Source: Stegostoma tigrinum (Eukaryota). Taken from it: a stretch of DNA of 64,000 bases. The notes under the pieces were generated by a model. That model made no database searches, was not told the DNA's origin, and was given only the letters and a program-made list of their open reading frames with translations. Position numbers and translations under genes: made by a program. This document shows positions 12,896 to 26,243 of the stretch, piece by piece. Every line of letters begins with the position of its first letter. Position 1 is the stretch's first letter. The DNA lies in NCBI RefSeq assembly GCF_030684315.1, contig NC_081363.1:83041678-83105677 (forward strand). Direction: 5' to 3'.

Positions 12896-13290
12896 TTAGT
12901 GCCCGTGGCGCGGGTGTTTTCTAGTCAGTTTGTAAATGCAATTACTTCCACTTGTATGAAGTATTTCGCTGTTAAACTGCTTAGGCAGGAGGTCGTCGTG
13001 AAAATTGATGGCGCCCTCTCTGGCCGCCAGGTTAGAAGACATGTAAACTATTGTTTTGTCGGTGCAGAAGTACAACAGTGTCTGCAAAAGACCAGCAAAT
13101 TGAGAGGGATTGTACACAATGTCTGAACCCAGAATGTAATCAAAGTCAGTTGGAAAGTTGTTCTGATCGTCACCCCAAGATAGGGCCCGGATTGATGAAC
13201 GGTGTCTGCTGCTGGCTGGAACGTTAGCTTGAACGTTGTATTCTATTTGATTCAAAACATATGACCTATCCGTCAAGGTGACATCTCCAC
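12896..13290 (-). CDS. EEF1AKMT3: EEF1A lysine methyltransferase 3-like (METTL21B-like) paralog B1, last coding exon
   Basis: CCAG|GT acceptor. GDVTLTD (post-I), NVQANVP, RALSWG and LGSDIVY (motif II + DxxY) match METTL21B. 395 nt to TAA. Confidence 0.93.
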
Positions 13291-14075
13291 CTGGTAAAAA
13301 TATTAATATCACATCATTATCTGAACATTGCTTCGCATCATGAGATATATGATGCAGATTTCTCACGCAAGAAAAGTGGAATTCACGCAATGAATTGAAA
13401 CGCTCTTAACTATTAGGCTCCTAATGACTTTGAGGCAAAAAGCCAGACAACAGCCGCGTCCACCGACTGTCTGTGTCATAGCTGCAACGCAAGTCTCAAA
13501 GGAAGATCAAGTGCAATCAGATATTTGCAAAATCATATCCCTGACAAGAAGAATCAATCCATCTCTAACGGACTGTCCACTTCCCTTACACTAGAGCGCA
13601 GTGCGTTGAACAACTGAACTGTTTGTCTTACTAATCCCAGCATTTTGTAATACTCTGATCTTGTGAGCATTTAACAGCGTGTCTGAAAATATTAGATTGC
13701 AGCGGTCTGCCATTGTAGACCCCTCAACCCTAAAGATCCTTAAGAATAAAACAGACAAACAATAATTCGGAACGCAGGAGCACGGCCATTAGAACGTCCA
13801 CAGTCGCGCCTCACTAGTATCAATTGTAGATTTGCTCCAATGCCTTGAAATTTGGATAACAAATCAGCTTTCCCTATCGAAGAGCGGAAAATTGAGAATG
13901 ATGAACATCTGAAACGAATACAGAAATTGTCAAAGACTGAACAGGTCATGGCGTCAACTGTGGAGAAAGTAATCGCCAAATTTCAAAACATGAGGCTTTT
14001 GCCAGAGCCTTATACCTACGTTATGCGTGAATAACTAAAGAAACATCGCCAGTTTAATTTTGTTCCGTATCTTTA

Positions 14076-14246
<171 letters not shown>

Positions 14247-14669
14247 TTATAACATTCAAACACATGGTTGCTATTAGATTTACGTTGATCAAAACACATT
14301 GATGCTACTGAATTTACATTTCTTTTCAAATCTCTATGACGACATGGGACTATCATTACAGTGCAAGTAAAGACAGTGGCACTTCTGGCCTTGTAGACTA
14401 GAGATTTGAAAAACCTTCAGAAAACATAGCGCACAGTGTTAACCGTGAAAACCTACCACGTTAACGAGTGGTTCTGACGTTTTGATCAAACATTTAGATG
14501 TTATGCTACCAATGAAACTCTGCTGCGTCTGAATCTCATCAGTCCGTAAGATCCCAAAGTCAGAAAACATCTAAATAACGTATGCCCAGAAGATTCATGA
14601 TACCAGACAAAGTAGGGGGTCATCAATATCCAAGCGTTACGTACATAATTCTTTCAGAAGCAGAGCGGT

Positions 14670-15290
14670 TTTGTGTCAGAACAAAATCAAAGTTTCTGGA
14701 AAAGCTCAGCAGGTCTGGCAGCACCTGTGAAGTCAAAAAGAGTTAACGTTTCTGATCCGGCGACCTTCCTTAGAACTGGACAAGCGGAACCATATCGCTG
14801 TTGCGGGGAGGAAGAGAAAGGGTGAGAAGGAAGTGTGAGAGATGGGTCGAACCTGGTTGAGGGCCCTGTCGACAACGGAGCTGAGGAATCTTCGGTTGAA
14901 GAAGGTGGACACTTCGAAGTCTCCCTTGTCGAAGTTGGCCCCATCTGAACCTATGCGGCGGAGACGGCGGAACTGAGAGAATGAGTTGAGTCTTTACGGG
15001 AAGTGCGGTGTGAGAGGATATATAGTCCTGGTAGCTGTGAGAGTCAGTGGGTTTGTAGTGGATATTAGTGACAAGTGTATCCTCAGCAATGGAAACATTG
15101 AAATGTCGAGGGATAGAAGGGAGGAGTCAGACCAAGTGAAAGTGGAGTGGAAATTAGAGGTGAAATTGATGAAGTTTTCCAATTCCAGACGAGAGAGTGA
15201 AGCAGCACCGATGATATCAGCGATATATGGAAGAAAGAGTTGTTTTGGGGACCGGAATAGGACTGGAGCAAGGAATGTTCCACGTACCCC
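14670..15290 (-). mobile_element. PLE reverse transcriptase fragment plus terminal repeat (second, older family)
   Basis: YIADIIGAASLSRLELENFINFTSNFHSTFTWSDSSLLSLDI is a PLE RT YxDD region; the terminal repeat has GAAACGTTAAC. Confidence 0.8.
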
Positions 15291-15699
15291 ATTCTGTATC
15301 AGTTCAGACCCTACTCTGACTTCAACTTCGGGCAGTTCAAAAATACAGGAAAGTGCGTTCTTTGTTTGCTGCAAAGGGAAAGAATATCTAAGACAACCTG
15401 CAGAAGAACTTGAAAATGGAAGGCCCAGTCTGAGTCATCAATGTTGGGGCACATGACATCGGCGACAATGGATTGCGGGAGATAATCCTGCTAAGGAAAT
15501 TACAGAAGTGGGGAACGAAATAAAAAGACAGGATGACTGATTATGTTAATCGTTACATGGATAGCAGAAAGGAATTAACGCGCGATTGAAAAACTGATGC
15601 AGTCAGAGCACTTTAGCCCTGCTACGATAGAATAAGCGTAACAGCTTAATCGATCATGTCTACAAAGACTCTGCAAATGAGTATTATGAGCCTTTTAGA

Positions 15700-17410
15700 A
15701 GTGGGAACAATTTCTTCCTATCTACTCTACCAAGCCCTTTCATGATTGAGAAACTTTTTCTGTTAGATCTGTCAGAAGCCTTCTTTTATCCGAAGGGAAT
15801 AGTACAACTTCTCCAATCTATCCTCAAAATAGAAATTTCTCCTTCCTGCAACCATCCTTCTGGATTCTCTGCATCGTGCTCCCAACATTCCCATAGTGTG
15901 TTACCTAGCAGTGTACACGATGCTCCGGCTGAGAGCTACTAATGTTTTACACGAGTTCAGCAAATCTTCCCATCTCTTGTACTCTCTGTCCCTTTAATGC
16001 AGCCCAGGATCCTGTCAGCTTTATTAACGGTTCTCTACAACTGTCCTAAACTCTTCAATGATGTGTGCACATATATACACAGGTCCCTCTGTACTAGAAC
16101 CGTCTTTAGCATTGTACTGATTGCTTTATATTGTCGGACTGTGAACTAAAAGTGTAAAAGAAACGACTGTACCAAGGAAACTACGTGATAAAGAATTTGC
16201 CATTTTCAAAATACACGTGATTTATACTGCAAGAATGCTTTATTTAAGTATGCAGGGCGAGGGGAGGTTATGGGGGAAACCAGAGGAAACAATGAGTATG
16301 TACAGAGCAATTCTGCCCAGTGAGAGTCATTTGATAGGTATTTCGATTGGCATTAGTTTTGTAGTTCCAGGACAGCTCGTTATAATAACAACTATTGAAT
16401 TGGTTCCTGGTCAGGTAGCTACAGCCTTGTAAGTGAACAATACAACAAAAACATCTCATCTGCAAAGAAAATTCATCATATGTCTTTCTCCCCCTTCTAT
16501 GTGTGGAGAAGTAAAAGAAAATCTCAAGTGGCAAGCTACTGTCCCTCACCTTTTGCCTGTAAGCTGTCCCCTCTGAAGAGAAGGGAAACGAAACACCTTC
16601 AGGGACATTGAAAGTGTGAACTGGCAACTGAAAAAGAAAGTCTGAGAACTGTTGCACAGCAACCTTGTGTAACCAGCAAATAGAAGAATACACAAGAAAC
16701 AAAAGGAGCCAAAAAGACAACAACTCTTTCAGATCTGTAATCCACACTGGTGCTTGTCTGACTTCATTTCCTTTTCAATTGATAATATTTGCATCATGTC
16801 TTGTCTGTTTGTGTCTCTGTTGTATAGCACGGTGATTTTAAGAAAAGAGTAGATTTTAGTTTATAATTTCTACATTACCAATATTCATTTCTGTTTTGCC
16901 TTTGCTTAAAAAATGTTTGCAATAAATAGTTGAGGATTTGTTGATGTAAAATCACTGCGCGTATTCTCTCAATCAGACAATTAGTTTGAATTGGGGCTAC
17001 TCAATGGTTTAATCAAATTTCACACTAGTGACGGATGTGGGAACTGTGGGGCTTGATTTCTAGTGCAATACCCAAGTGAGTCATGTAGTTCTTCCTATCA
17101 AAATACATCATCTCACCATTCTCTGCATTGAACTTCAACTGTCATTTTTCTGCCTACTCCACCACTTTTGTATATCATTTTGGAGTTCCATGCTATCTTG
17201 CTCGCAGTTGGCAAAACTTTGAAGAATATTATCATCTGTAAAATCTGAAAACCATGATCTCTATCATTAATACATATCAGGGAAAGCAAGGTTCCCATTA
17301 CCGACCCCAGGGGAATTCTATTACAAACTTTCCTCCAGTCTGGAAAATATCCATTAAGCATTTTCACTGTTTCCTATCACTCAATCAATTTCATATCCAC
17401 ATTTCTACTG
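15700..17410 (-). mobile_element. Degraded CR1 fragment interrupted by a ~950 bp insertion (16140-17085)
   Basis: RT motif IPLGSVMGTLLSLICIND (17113-17367 ORF); CR1 sequence resumes across the gap. Confidence 0.6.
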
Positions 17411-17979
17411 GCTCCGTACATTCCATAAATTTGAGTAATTATGGAAGTTTGTAGGAATTTAAACTAAAAAGGGGAATAAGCAACTGCAAAATGCTTAAGT
17501 TTGTAGAGATAAGAATTAGGAAATCAGATAAAAATCAGTTCAAAGTAAGAAAAGAAAGTATAATAAAAGCACAGAGAACATTAATCTATCTCATAGAAGA
17601 ATAAACTAACTGTTAAAGTATGAGAGAACAAAAACAACTAAAAAGACAAGATTATACTGCCTGTACAGCAATGTACACCGTATTCAAAAGTCGATCATGG
17701 AACCTGAAGTAATAAGCTATAGTGAGGAACCATAAGTGGTAACAATAATTCAAGTAAGGCTACATTTTCTTTAAAAAATTGTATTGACAATTGCTCGTGG
17801 AAGGTGGTGATATAACCACAAAAGACAAGGATGGAAGAAGCGTGTAACCCCACTAGTCAGAGCTAGCAAAACTAAAGAAATGACACTGCAAATTCAGGGT
17901 CAGAAACAGAATCAAATGTCGATTGTAATGAAAGATTTAAAGGGATCTTACTTTTTTAAGAAGTAAAATTCTTTCACAG

Positions 17980-19380
17980 AAAGTAGGTGTCATTGGCTGC
18001 TAGCATCCCATCCCATTACCCTTCAAAAAGATAATGAGCTGCCTTCTGGGACCGTTGCAGTTTATGTGGTACAAGTCAATATGTGGTACTAGGAGGAAAA
18101 GAGGCCCAGGAATTTGGTACTGACAGGGAAGAGGCAGTGATAATTTATCAGTTTAGGATGGGGCTTGTAAGAGAACCTGAGGTAGTGTTTAGCCCCGTGT
18201 TGCCCTGTATTTCTAGATGGTAGCAGTCGTAGGTTTGGAAGGTGGTGTCAAAGGAACCTTGGTGACTTGCTGCAATATATATTATAGATACTACGCACTG
18301 CTTCCATTTTGGTCAGTTGTGGAAGGAGTACCAGTTTAAGATAGTGGGTGAGGTGCCAACAAAGTTTTCTGCTTTGCTCTGAACAGCGTTGTGCTTTTAG
18401 AGTACTACTGGAACTGCATTCTTGCAGGAAAATGAAGAGTTATCCATGATGCTCCTGATTTGCAAATCATGGGAAGGCCTTAGAGAGTGAAGTCTTAGTT
18501 TCCGACATTCAATTGTAGCCGTAATAATTTCAATGATGTTGATAGTGGAAAATCAATGACAGTAATGCTGTTGAATGCAAAGGGAAAATTGTTAGATTCA
18601 CTTTTCTTGTCACTAGTCATCGTCTGGTACTTGTGTGGTGTGAATGTTACTTGCCACTTACCAGCACAAGTCTGAAAATTATCCAAGCCTAGCTCCATGT
18701 GAGCATAGACTGCTTCTGTACTTGACAAGTGAAAAATAGTCTGGAACGCTATCACATCATGAGTGAATAATTCTCCTCCTTACCTAACGATGGAGGCATG
18801 GCTAGTGACAATCCTATTGAATATGTTTGGGCTGAGGACATCGTTCTGAAGAACTCCTGACACTTTGTCCGAGGACTGAGGTGCCCGACTTTCAACAATT
18901 GCAATCATCATCATCGTTTCAACAATGATCGTTCTTCATGTTAGTTGTAATGCCAATCAGTAGAGTTTATTTTTTTAAGTCCCTCAGTCTCATTGACACC
19001 AGACTTTCCCTGTCTCTTGATCTCATTACCGGACAAATGCTACTTGGTTGTAGAAGGTTGATCAGTCTCACATCACCACAAGTTTTATTCTCCCTTGTTG
19101 ATATTTGTACAAAGTTAGAATATGTTACGGGGCTGAGTGGCACTGGCAAATTATTGTTTGGTATGAAGCACTTGAGAGCACTATGACAGCCCTTTCAATC
19201 GCACTGTTACGATCAAGAGTTGACTGATGGCGCAGTAACTGGACAGGTTGGATCAGGTCTGCTCTTTGTAACCAGAAATTTTCCATAATGCCTGGTAGAT
19301 TGCAGTATTGTAGCTGTTCAAAAACAGCTTGGCTAGAAGGTGGATGTTCTGGAGCACCTGGCTTTATTACTACTCAGAAT
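17980..19380 (-). mobile_element. Degraded LINE (same family as 4740-5520)
   Basis: KWQVTFTPHKYQTMT and ISTRENKTCGDVRLINLL RT remnants. Confidence 0.6.
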
Positions 19381-19809
19381 GTTGTCTGAACATATAGCTA
19401 ACTTGTCAAACTTTCTGCGTGGAGGATTAAATTTCAAGTCTTCTATTTTTGAGAGTGAGGCGAGGTAGGGACCAATCTTCATAATGATAAAGTTTGACAG
19501 AATGTTGAATATTAATTTAAAATAACATAATTGCAATGCAATAAATTGATGATTATTAAAAGTGCCAAGAAGAGAACTAGCCAATTAAAACTGTTTAGCT
19601 TTTTCAGGAAACAGAATTATGAGGAGATAGACTACAGCCTAGTCCTGGTCATCAGCAATGGGCGTTGGAGGGAAGCTATGCCTCAGCTGGAATTGGATTT
19701 AAGTAACGCTGACCTTGCTTTCACCTCTAGTGGCACACACTCCAAGATTGTCTCTCTTGAATTCACATGAAAGTGGAAGTCGGAAATAAGTGAAGTTTCA
19801 AGTTTAGTC

Positions 19810-20400
19810 ATGCATCTCGTTCACTCAAAGTTTCACACACACTCCACACGCCTGACTCCCACTCCATCCCTCAAATGTACAAACTCTCATATTCCCTCAC
19901 TAACTTTCTCTAACGTACAACACACCAGCTTACTACCCTTCCACTCCTTCCTTGTTCTACAGATATCCCCACTCTCGCCATCGCTCGTTCCTGCACATAC
20001 ATTCACACTCCTATGCCCCTCACTATCACCCTTCCCCACGCACACCCTCTCACGTATTTCTCCCTACATGGATCCCAACTCCTTCTGACTCACTCAGTCA
20101 TCCCTGACTCACATACACCTCACTCAGACACCTTACTCGCAAGGCCCCCAATCACTCATGCGTACACCGCTTGATCATTCCCTCACAGCCCTCACTCACT
20201 CACCCCCCCTCACTTCACCTTCATTCATTATACACTTCAATCACTCAACGCAACCTGCTCATTCATTCACACCCCTCTCATTCACTCATTCTTCACTCTT
20301 TCACCCCAAGTACTCCATCGTCCTTTACTCACTCCACCCATGCACTAACTTTCTTTCAGTATCTTCTTTACGCACACGCACAGGCATACAAAGTGAGGGA
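19810..20400. repeat. C/A/T-rich low-complexity tract (CACT/CACTC-like)
   Basis: G-poor + strand with repeated CACTCA/TCAC motifs. Confidence 0.7.
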
Positions 20401-20834
20401 GTTTCAGCTACCCCTGCCCTTCCCCTTAACTCTGACCCAAATCCGTGCTGAACTCGTAAGCTCTTCACAGAACAGTTGAGCACCTAAGCTGGGGGCCCGC
20501 TCGACTGCCTGCAGTTTCATCCTGTCACCCTGTTTTCGCCAACGACTGCAGCATCACTGTCACCCCTGGTGTTCAGGGAACGCAGGCAGGCAGCTTCGGT
20601 CAGTTCACTGCTGCTCCTAATTAGATGCCACTTCTTTTTCCGTGTTTGGTTGCTGTAAGGCTAAAGGAAGGAATCGGTATTTGCTCAAAGTGTCCTTTTA
20701 TTTCTAGCCTACTTAATCTAATTGCTTGCGAAATGAGTTGCTCCGCCATTGGTAACTATGCATCAACCTCTGGGATAAACCCATAACTCTCCCTCACTAA
20801 CTCCTCTTTTTCCCGCGCTGGTAAAAACTTACTT

Positions 20835-21070
20835 TAGAATCGCTACAGCTTGGAAGCCGGCCATTCGGCCTATCGAGCCTACACTGACCCTCTGAATAGC
20901 ATCGCACCCAGACCCACCCTCTACCAGCTTGCATTTCATATAGCTAATCCCGCTAGCCTGTGGAAGGAATCCTGGGAACCAGGAGAAAACCCACATTGAC
21001 AACCCCCCGAGTGTGGAATCGAGCCTGGATTCTTGGTGCTGTGAAGCAGCAGTACTAACCATTGAGCCTA
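20835..21070 (-). mobile_element. HE1-like V-SINE (internally deleted)
   Basis: Reverse complement of the SINE head GGCTCAATGGTTAGTACTGCTGCTTCACAGCACCA and of its tail. Confidence 0.75.
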
Positions 21071-21547
21071 CCTCATTGATCAATGCTGCTTTCAGTCAGC
21101 CTATCTGTTACTTGCTGAGAGCTTTGATCTCTTATTTATTGGTAATAGTGTTTTAACCACATTTGATCACTTTTATGCATGGTAAACGCTATTTAAATAT
21201 AACTTGCTTTGTTCTTTAGAAAGGGCGAAGGCTATTCGTTAAGGAATCAAACACAAAAAAATGCGTTCGATCTGAATAGATTGCATCTTCACATCTCAAA
21301 GATAAATTTGAAAGACAGGACAAAGCATAATTACAAACAGAATATTTAATCAGAAGGTGACTAGTGTCAACTGATTAACAAATTGACATTCGGTTAATAT
21401 TAGTAATTTTCCAAAGACGGAACGGGAACAAATCCAGAAGTTTTCACTTAACATCAGATAGATGGTTAGAAAAATAATCTGACACTTGCCAATCAGTTAT
21501 AATATGAAAACAGCTTTTAAAAAAAAATCAAAACATTGCAAAGTATT

Positions 21548-21710
21548 CTCCCTCTCTCCCTATTTATTTTAGAATCCCCTTCCCCTCCCCCATTTCTGAA
21601 GATGGGTCTCGACCCGAAACGTCAGCTTTCCTGCTCGACCTGCTGTGTTCATCTAGCTCTACACCTTGCTATCTCAGATCCTTCAGCATCGGCAGATCCT
21701 ACTATCTCTA
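21548..21710 (+). mobile_element. PLE terminal repeat
   Basis: CTCTCCCTATTTATT..CTGAAGATGGGTCTCGACCCGAAACGTCAG..CTACTATCTCT. Confidence 0.85.
21596..21625 (+). ncRNA. Minimal hammerhead ribozyme motif (PLE-associated)
   Basis: CUGAAGA-U-GGGUC-UC-GACCC-GAAA-C-GUC. Confidence 0.6.
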
Positions 21711-22562
21711 TAGACTGAGGAGTCTATTGTTTATGAACTCTAAATGGCTTGGATTCAGGAATCAGGATGTAGTTTTAGAACTTTGTGGAATATGTCAAAT
21801 TGTAGTTTTTTTTAGAAAAGGAGAATTTTGAGATAGTACAAGGTGACGTAAGTAAATTTATACTGTAGGAATACAACTGTCAAATGAGGTTCAATGTAGA
21901 TAAGTTTGTCACAATACATCTTGGAAGGAAGGATACAAATATGGAAACTTTGTACTCTTTAAAACGAGGTGGATAAATTGGCAGGTGTAGGGGTGCGGCT
22001 GTTTCAAACTATCATACAGCAGGGCAACAGAAAAATAAACACGAAATTTGTGTTCATTCATGGAGGAGGACAGAATTGCGAAGAACAGAGGTCAGGATGA
22101 AACTTGTACGGAAATTTTTGCTAGACTCCCATGAATTGAGTTCCATGTTAACAAAGGAGAAGGTTTGAAAAATTCCTTGGATTATAACAAAAGGAAGAGG
22201 CCATATCTGTCTAAGAAGAATGATTTGGGGGGAAAAGAGAGAAGTGAGTGGAAACGGAATTTGCTCAAGTTGTTCACTACGGTGGGCCTTGTCAGAATGT
22301 TATCACTGAAACCTTACTAATTATGCGATCAGAGCATTCAAGAGAAAGATGATACACCTGTGAGGAAGAAGAGTTGGTATGTTCAGGTGAGTGAGGAGAA
22401 ATGAATGAAATCTGGTCTGGAGCGTAGATAATAGCTTGAACCAATGGCTGGTCCTCTAAATGCCGTGTACATGTCAGATCATCCAGCAAATTAGTTGTAC
22501 AATGGTTAGGAAGTATACTTTCAAATCCAAACATTGCGGTTGCAATTGGTTGCTACACTTAC

Positions 22563-22694
22563 AGGTTCCCAGACAAAAGCCGAAACACCCAGGTATGCTC
22601 CTTTAAAGGTAGAGATCTTCAGACTGTGTTCACCAAAGTCATAGTTCTTCTCCTCCAATTCGAGAGGGGGGTTGCTTTCCACCATGCTACTCAT
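22563..22694 (-). CDS. EEF1AKMT3: B1 coding exon 1
   Basis: MSSMVESNPPLELEEKNYDFGEHSLKISTFKGAYLGVSAFVWEP|GTAAG; 44 codons like B2 exon 1; in-frame stop upstream; candidate acceptor near 22790. Confidence 0.9.
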
Positions 22695-25600
22695 GCTTTT
22701 TGGTTTTCAAAGGTCCCTCTGCTGTTCCCACGCAGTTTCCTTCTGATCCTGACTGTTTCAGGTCCACCTACTCACTCCAAGTTTCAGTTCTGCTTTGAAA
22801 AAGAAATGATAAACAAAACTTTCATGTGAAAACACAGCACACAGTTGTTTTAAATTGCAGAATTAAAATGAACGATTCGTAGCAAAACCTCCCCAAACTG
22901 AGCGTAGATATGGCTACCATAATAAACCACCAACATTCATAATGAACTCACCATTAACCTCACGTCATGAAGATGAGCAGCGGCAATTAAAATTGATGAC
23001 ACAATTCAATGCCCAGGCAAACCTTAATACTTGCAGGACGCTTACTACGAAACGAGATTGAAATGATTGACAGTCAATAAGCTGACTTGCAAATGAGCGC
23101 CTGCTGTAAATGTTGCTTCTGCCATTTGAATTCTTCAGGAAGTAACAAAAAATGGAATGTCAGTGTTCTACTGCAATGAATCAGTGACTCTCCAGTGGCA
23201 TTGCTCTTTAGAAATCTAGCGTAAGACTGAGAGTTATCGGAAATGCTCAGAGATGAGACACCACAAACTAACACAGAAGATAGCAGAAGCACTGAATATG
23301 CACAGGGTTCACATCTGAGAGTGTTGATGCATAAGGCAAGCTGACGCCCCTCTTTAAGCTGTAGGACTCTGCCACGTTAGGAGCTTTGGTAGCTGGAAGA
23401 AAGGTTGGAAAGATTTTGCGACATTCTATCTCGTTTTTTTAATAAACCAGTGAGTCTTTGGAACATCGAAAACCAATACGACTTCTCAAGAGAACTCGGT
23501 TTCTTTAATTGAAGATTTAATAATGCTTTTCCTAGTTGCTTTTGTTTTGTTTCTGGCGAATTTAAATATTCTTTTAAACAGCGGTGGAAGCTGTTTATTT
23601 TGCATGTGAGCGTTTCATGGACTCCAGTTTCACATAAATAACGCCTACAGAAAGCCGGAACATGGAAAATGTATTCGACAATGGCGCGCAATGCGCCAGA
23701 CAGCTCTTCATTTACATGCAAGTTGAGCCTAGTAGCTGAAAAGTGAAGCTACAAGCGCCATTCAGTGTCACAAAAGAATAATTCCCGAGCAAAGAAGGCC
23801 ATCGCGATTCAACGTACGATATAACCATGGACGGAACCCCGAAAATCAATATAACCATTCAAAAATGCTTTCCTTCCCTAATGCTTACTATTGTTTCGAG
23901 GTGTTCGTTGATTCTTTGGTGGTAAATTCAAACCTCTTTCGGTTGAGGAAGATGCACTTGTTTTACCTATATACATTTATGAAGCAGCTAACTGTCGCAC
24001 CTCTAGCCCATCTGTCTCCTAGACCATTTGCAAATTTGCCATTTATTATCTGTAGCAATGCGCCGCACAGGCATCTTTCTTACTGAAATTTGTCTAAGTA
24101 CAAACCAGACGTAAATTTCTTTAAAAATTCTATTGAAAAACAAAAGGGTAAATGAATCTAAACAGATAATCTAAACGAGGGAAATAAATGCGGATAAACT
24201 GTGATTTTGACTGTAGTGACACGGATGTTTTACTGTTGTTATCAATATTGAGATAATTGTGAAGATTTTTTTTCCATTCTCTGTAACATAATGAGTACAA
24301 CTAGGGATCAAATGCTTAGAGTGAACTTGGTTTGTAACAAATGTCTTGTTTCATACTCATCCAACTATTAACACTGGAATCAGCCACAGAAAACAGAAAA
24401 GATCCCTCAATTGCATTGGACGGTATTAACCTCCTGTCTTGTCCACAATAGAAGTCCCAGTCACAATCTATTCATTTGTCATAATTCGAAAATATTATTC
24501 TTCCGTCATAACCCATACCCTAGTGCTGAGATGTCGAGCCTTGAAACCTGTTCATATTTTCAACTTTTACTACAACTGGTGAAAAGTTGCGGATTGTATC
24601 CTGTTCTTCATGCGGAATGTTACGAGTGTAGTGGAGAGCGTCAATGTTTAACGACATCCCTTGTATCTAGTCAAATAATAAAGCCACAAGTTTCGAATTT
24701 GTAAAAAAAATGCAAGAGTCAAACAAAGTAAGCGCCGTTACCGAGACACCATCTCAGGTTATCAGTCATACAGTACTCTCAAACAGAAGCAATACACATG
24801 AGCACGTAGTTTAAAACTGAACGCTTAAACTGAAGCTTTTCTTTTTGCCATTAACTTCTCCTCAGAAAGTTTCTTGCCATTTATCAGTGTCCTAGAGGTT
24901 CCTTCACTTCCTGGGTACAGACGGAAGTGTTGCGGGTCTCTAAAATCAACTTGAAGACATCTCACTGTGCCTGCTTTTCGCCGAAGTAGGAGCTTTCTTG
25001 GGGTCTACCCACCAGCCTCCCCCGATCCGTCCTCCACCTGTGGTTCAGCAGTTGATTATAAACGCCCCAGCCCAAGCATGGACTCCATTGCACGGACTAA
25101 AATGCCCTGCAGAAATTCCTTTGTTTCCTTACATCCCCTTTGCTTACGGTCAACAACAATTCCCATTTCTTAGACTCTATTTTTCTGTCTGCTGAACTCC
25201 CGGCTGGCACCCACCGACTGAGATGCTTCCAGGTCCATCTTCTCCGAATACTAAACAAAGCCTCACTTTGAATCATACAACCCTATGGCAATAGATGTTT
25301 GTAAAACAGTCCACTAAATAGACAAGGCTCCTAGCCTTAACGTCTGCATGAAAAAATAAACTATCTAATGAAGATTATCTCCGTTTCATTGTCCTCACAT
25401 ACCTAACTCTGAACTCCTAGGTACATTTGAAAACTCTTTGAACTGCCGCTACTAAAGGCAATTTTGAAAGTGCAGCATTTTAATTAGCTTACTCTTATAG
25501 ATCTAATCTATAACAAACTCAGTTTAACTTTAAACACCAACACTGAGCTACATACTTCGTAATCTACCTGTGTAGAGATGTTATTGCACACCTCTGGAAC

Positions 25601-25979
25601 AAACTGGACTTAATCCCAAGCCTCTGGTTCAGAGGTAAGGGTATTACCACTGAGCCACAAAAGTCCCAATCAGAAACTAGATGATTATGACAATGTTGTC
25701 ATCTCAACGGTCATTAAATTCAAATAAAATGAATGGAATATGGAAATAAATGGCCTCTTATTAACCCGCCCGACACTGAAAAATCATTTAAACTGTTGAT
25801 CCCCAGACAATTGCTTTCATCGAAGAAAGGACATTCGTGCAGATAATTATTCTAACAATAAGAGCGGTGATACAACTAATTCAAATGATAATAGCACCGG
25901 ACGTGATAAACGGATTGTTTAATAAAATGATGCAAGGATTGTTTAAATTAAGTCAGAATCAACAACGCGTCAAACTCAC

Positions 25980-26110
25980 TTCAAGCTGCCGAACTGCACC
26001 TCAGTGATCGTTTATCCTCTCTTTATTGCACCCCTCGAATTCACAAAATGACAAATCTGCACTGGAATAACCGCACCGTGCTCTTGCGTTTCCTTTTCGT
26101 TAGGCACAGA
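25980..26110 (-). other. Inferred non-coding first exon of B1
   Basis: Donor CTTGAA|GTGAGTT is identical to that at 62681; the exon lies just downstream of a TATA box. TSS approximate. Confidence 0.6.
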
Positions 26111-26131
26111 TGTACATCATGGAGCATATCG

Positions 26132-26243
26132 CTATTTATAGGCTTTAAAATGGCCAGGCTTTATCGCAAGATGTCAGTTCTTGGCCAATGAAGGAAAAAA
26201 AACCGTGAAGCTGACGGAATAGTTTTGTGTTTTCAGTGGGCGG
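26132..26243 (-). promoter_or_regulatory. B1 core promoter: TATA, TTATCGCAAGATG, CCAAT, GC box
   Basis: TATAAATAG (26140-26132), motif 26161-26173, CCAAT 26185-26189, GGGCGG 26238-26243; the module is paralogous to 62834-62862. Confidence 0.65.

Noticed and set aside
13291-13390. N-terminal extensions in the ORF track (MREFH.., MATHAG.., MRWAL.., MDWET..)
   Set aside because: They are intronic or UTR read-through from non-ATG starts; splice signals and paralog alignment define the true boundaries.
23377-23721. 114 aa minus-strand ORF in the inferred B1 intron 0
   Set aside because: No ATG start, no recognisable domain, no donor, and no counterpart in B2.
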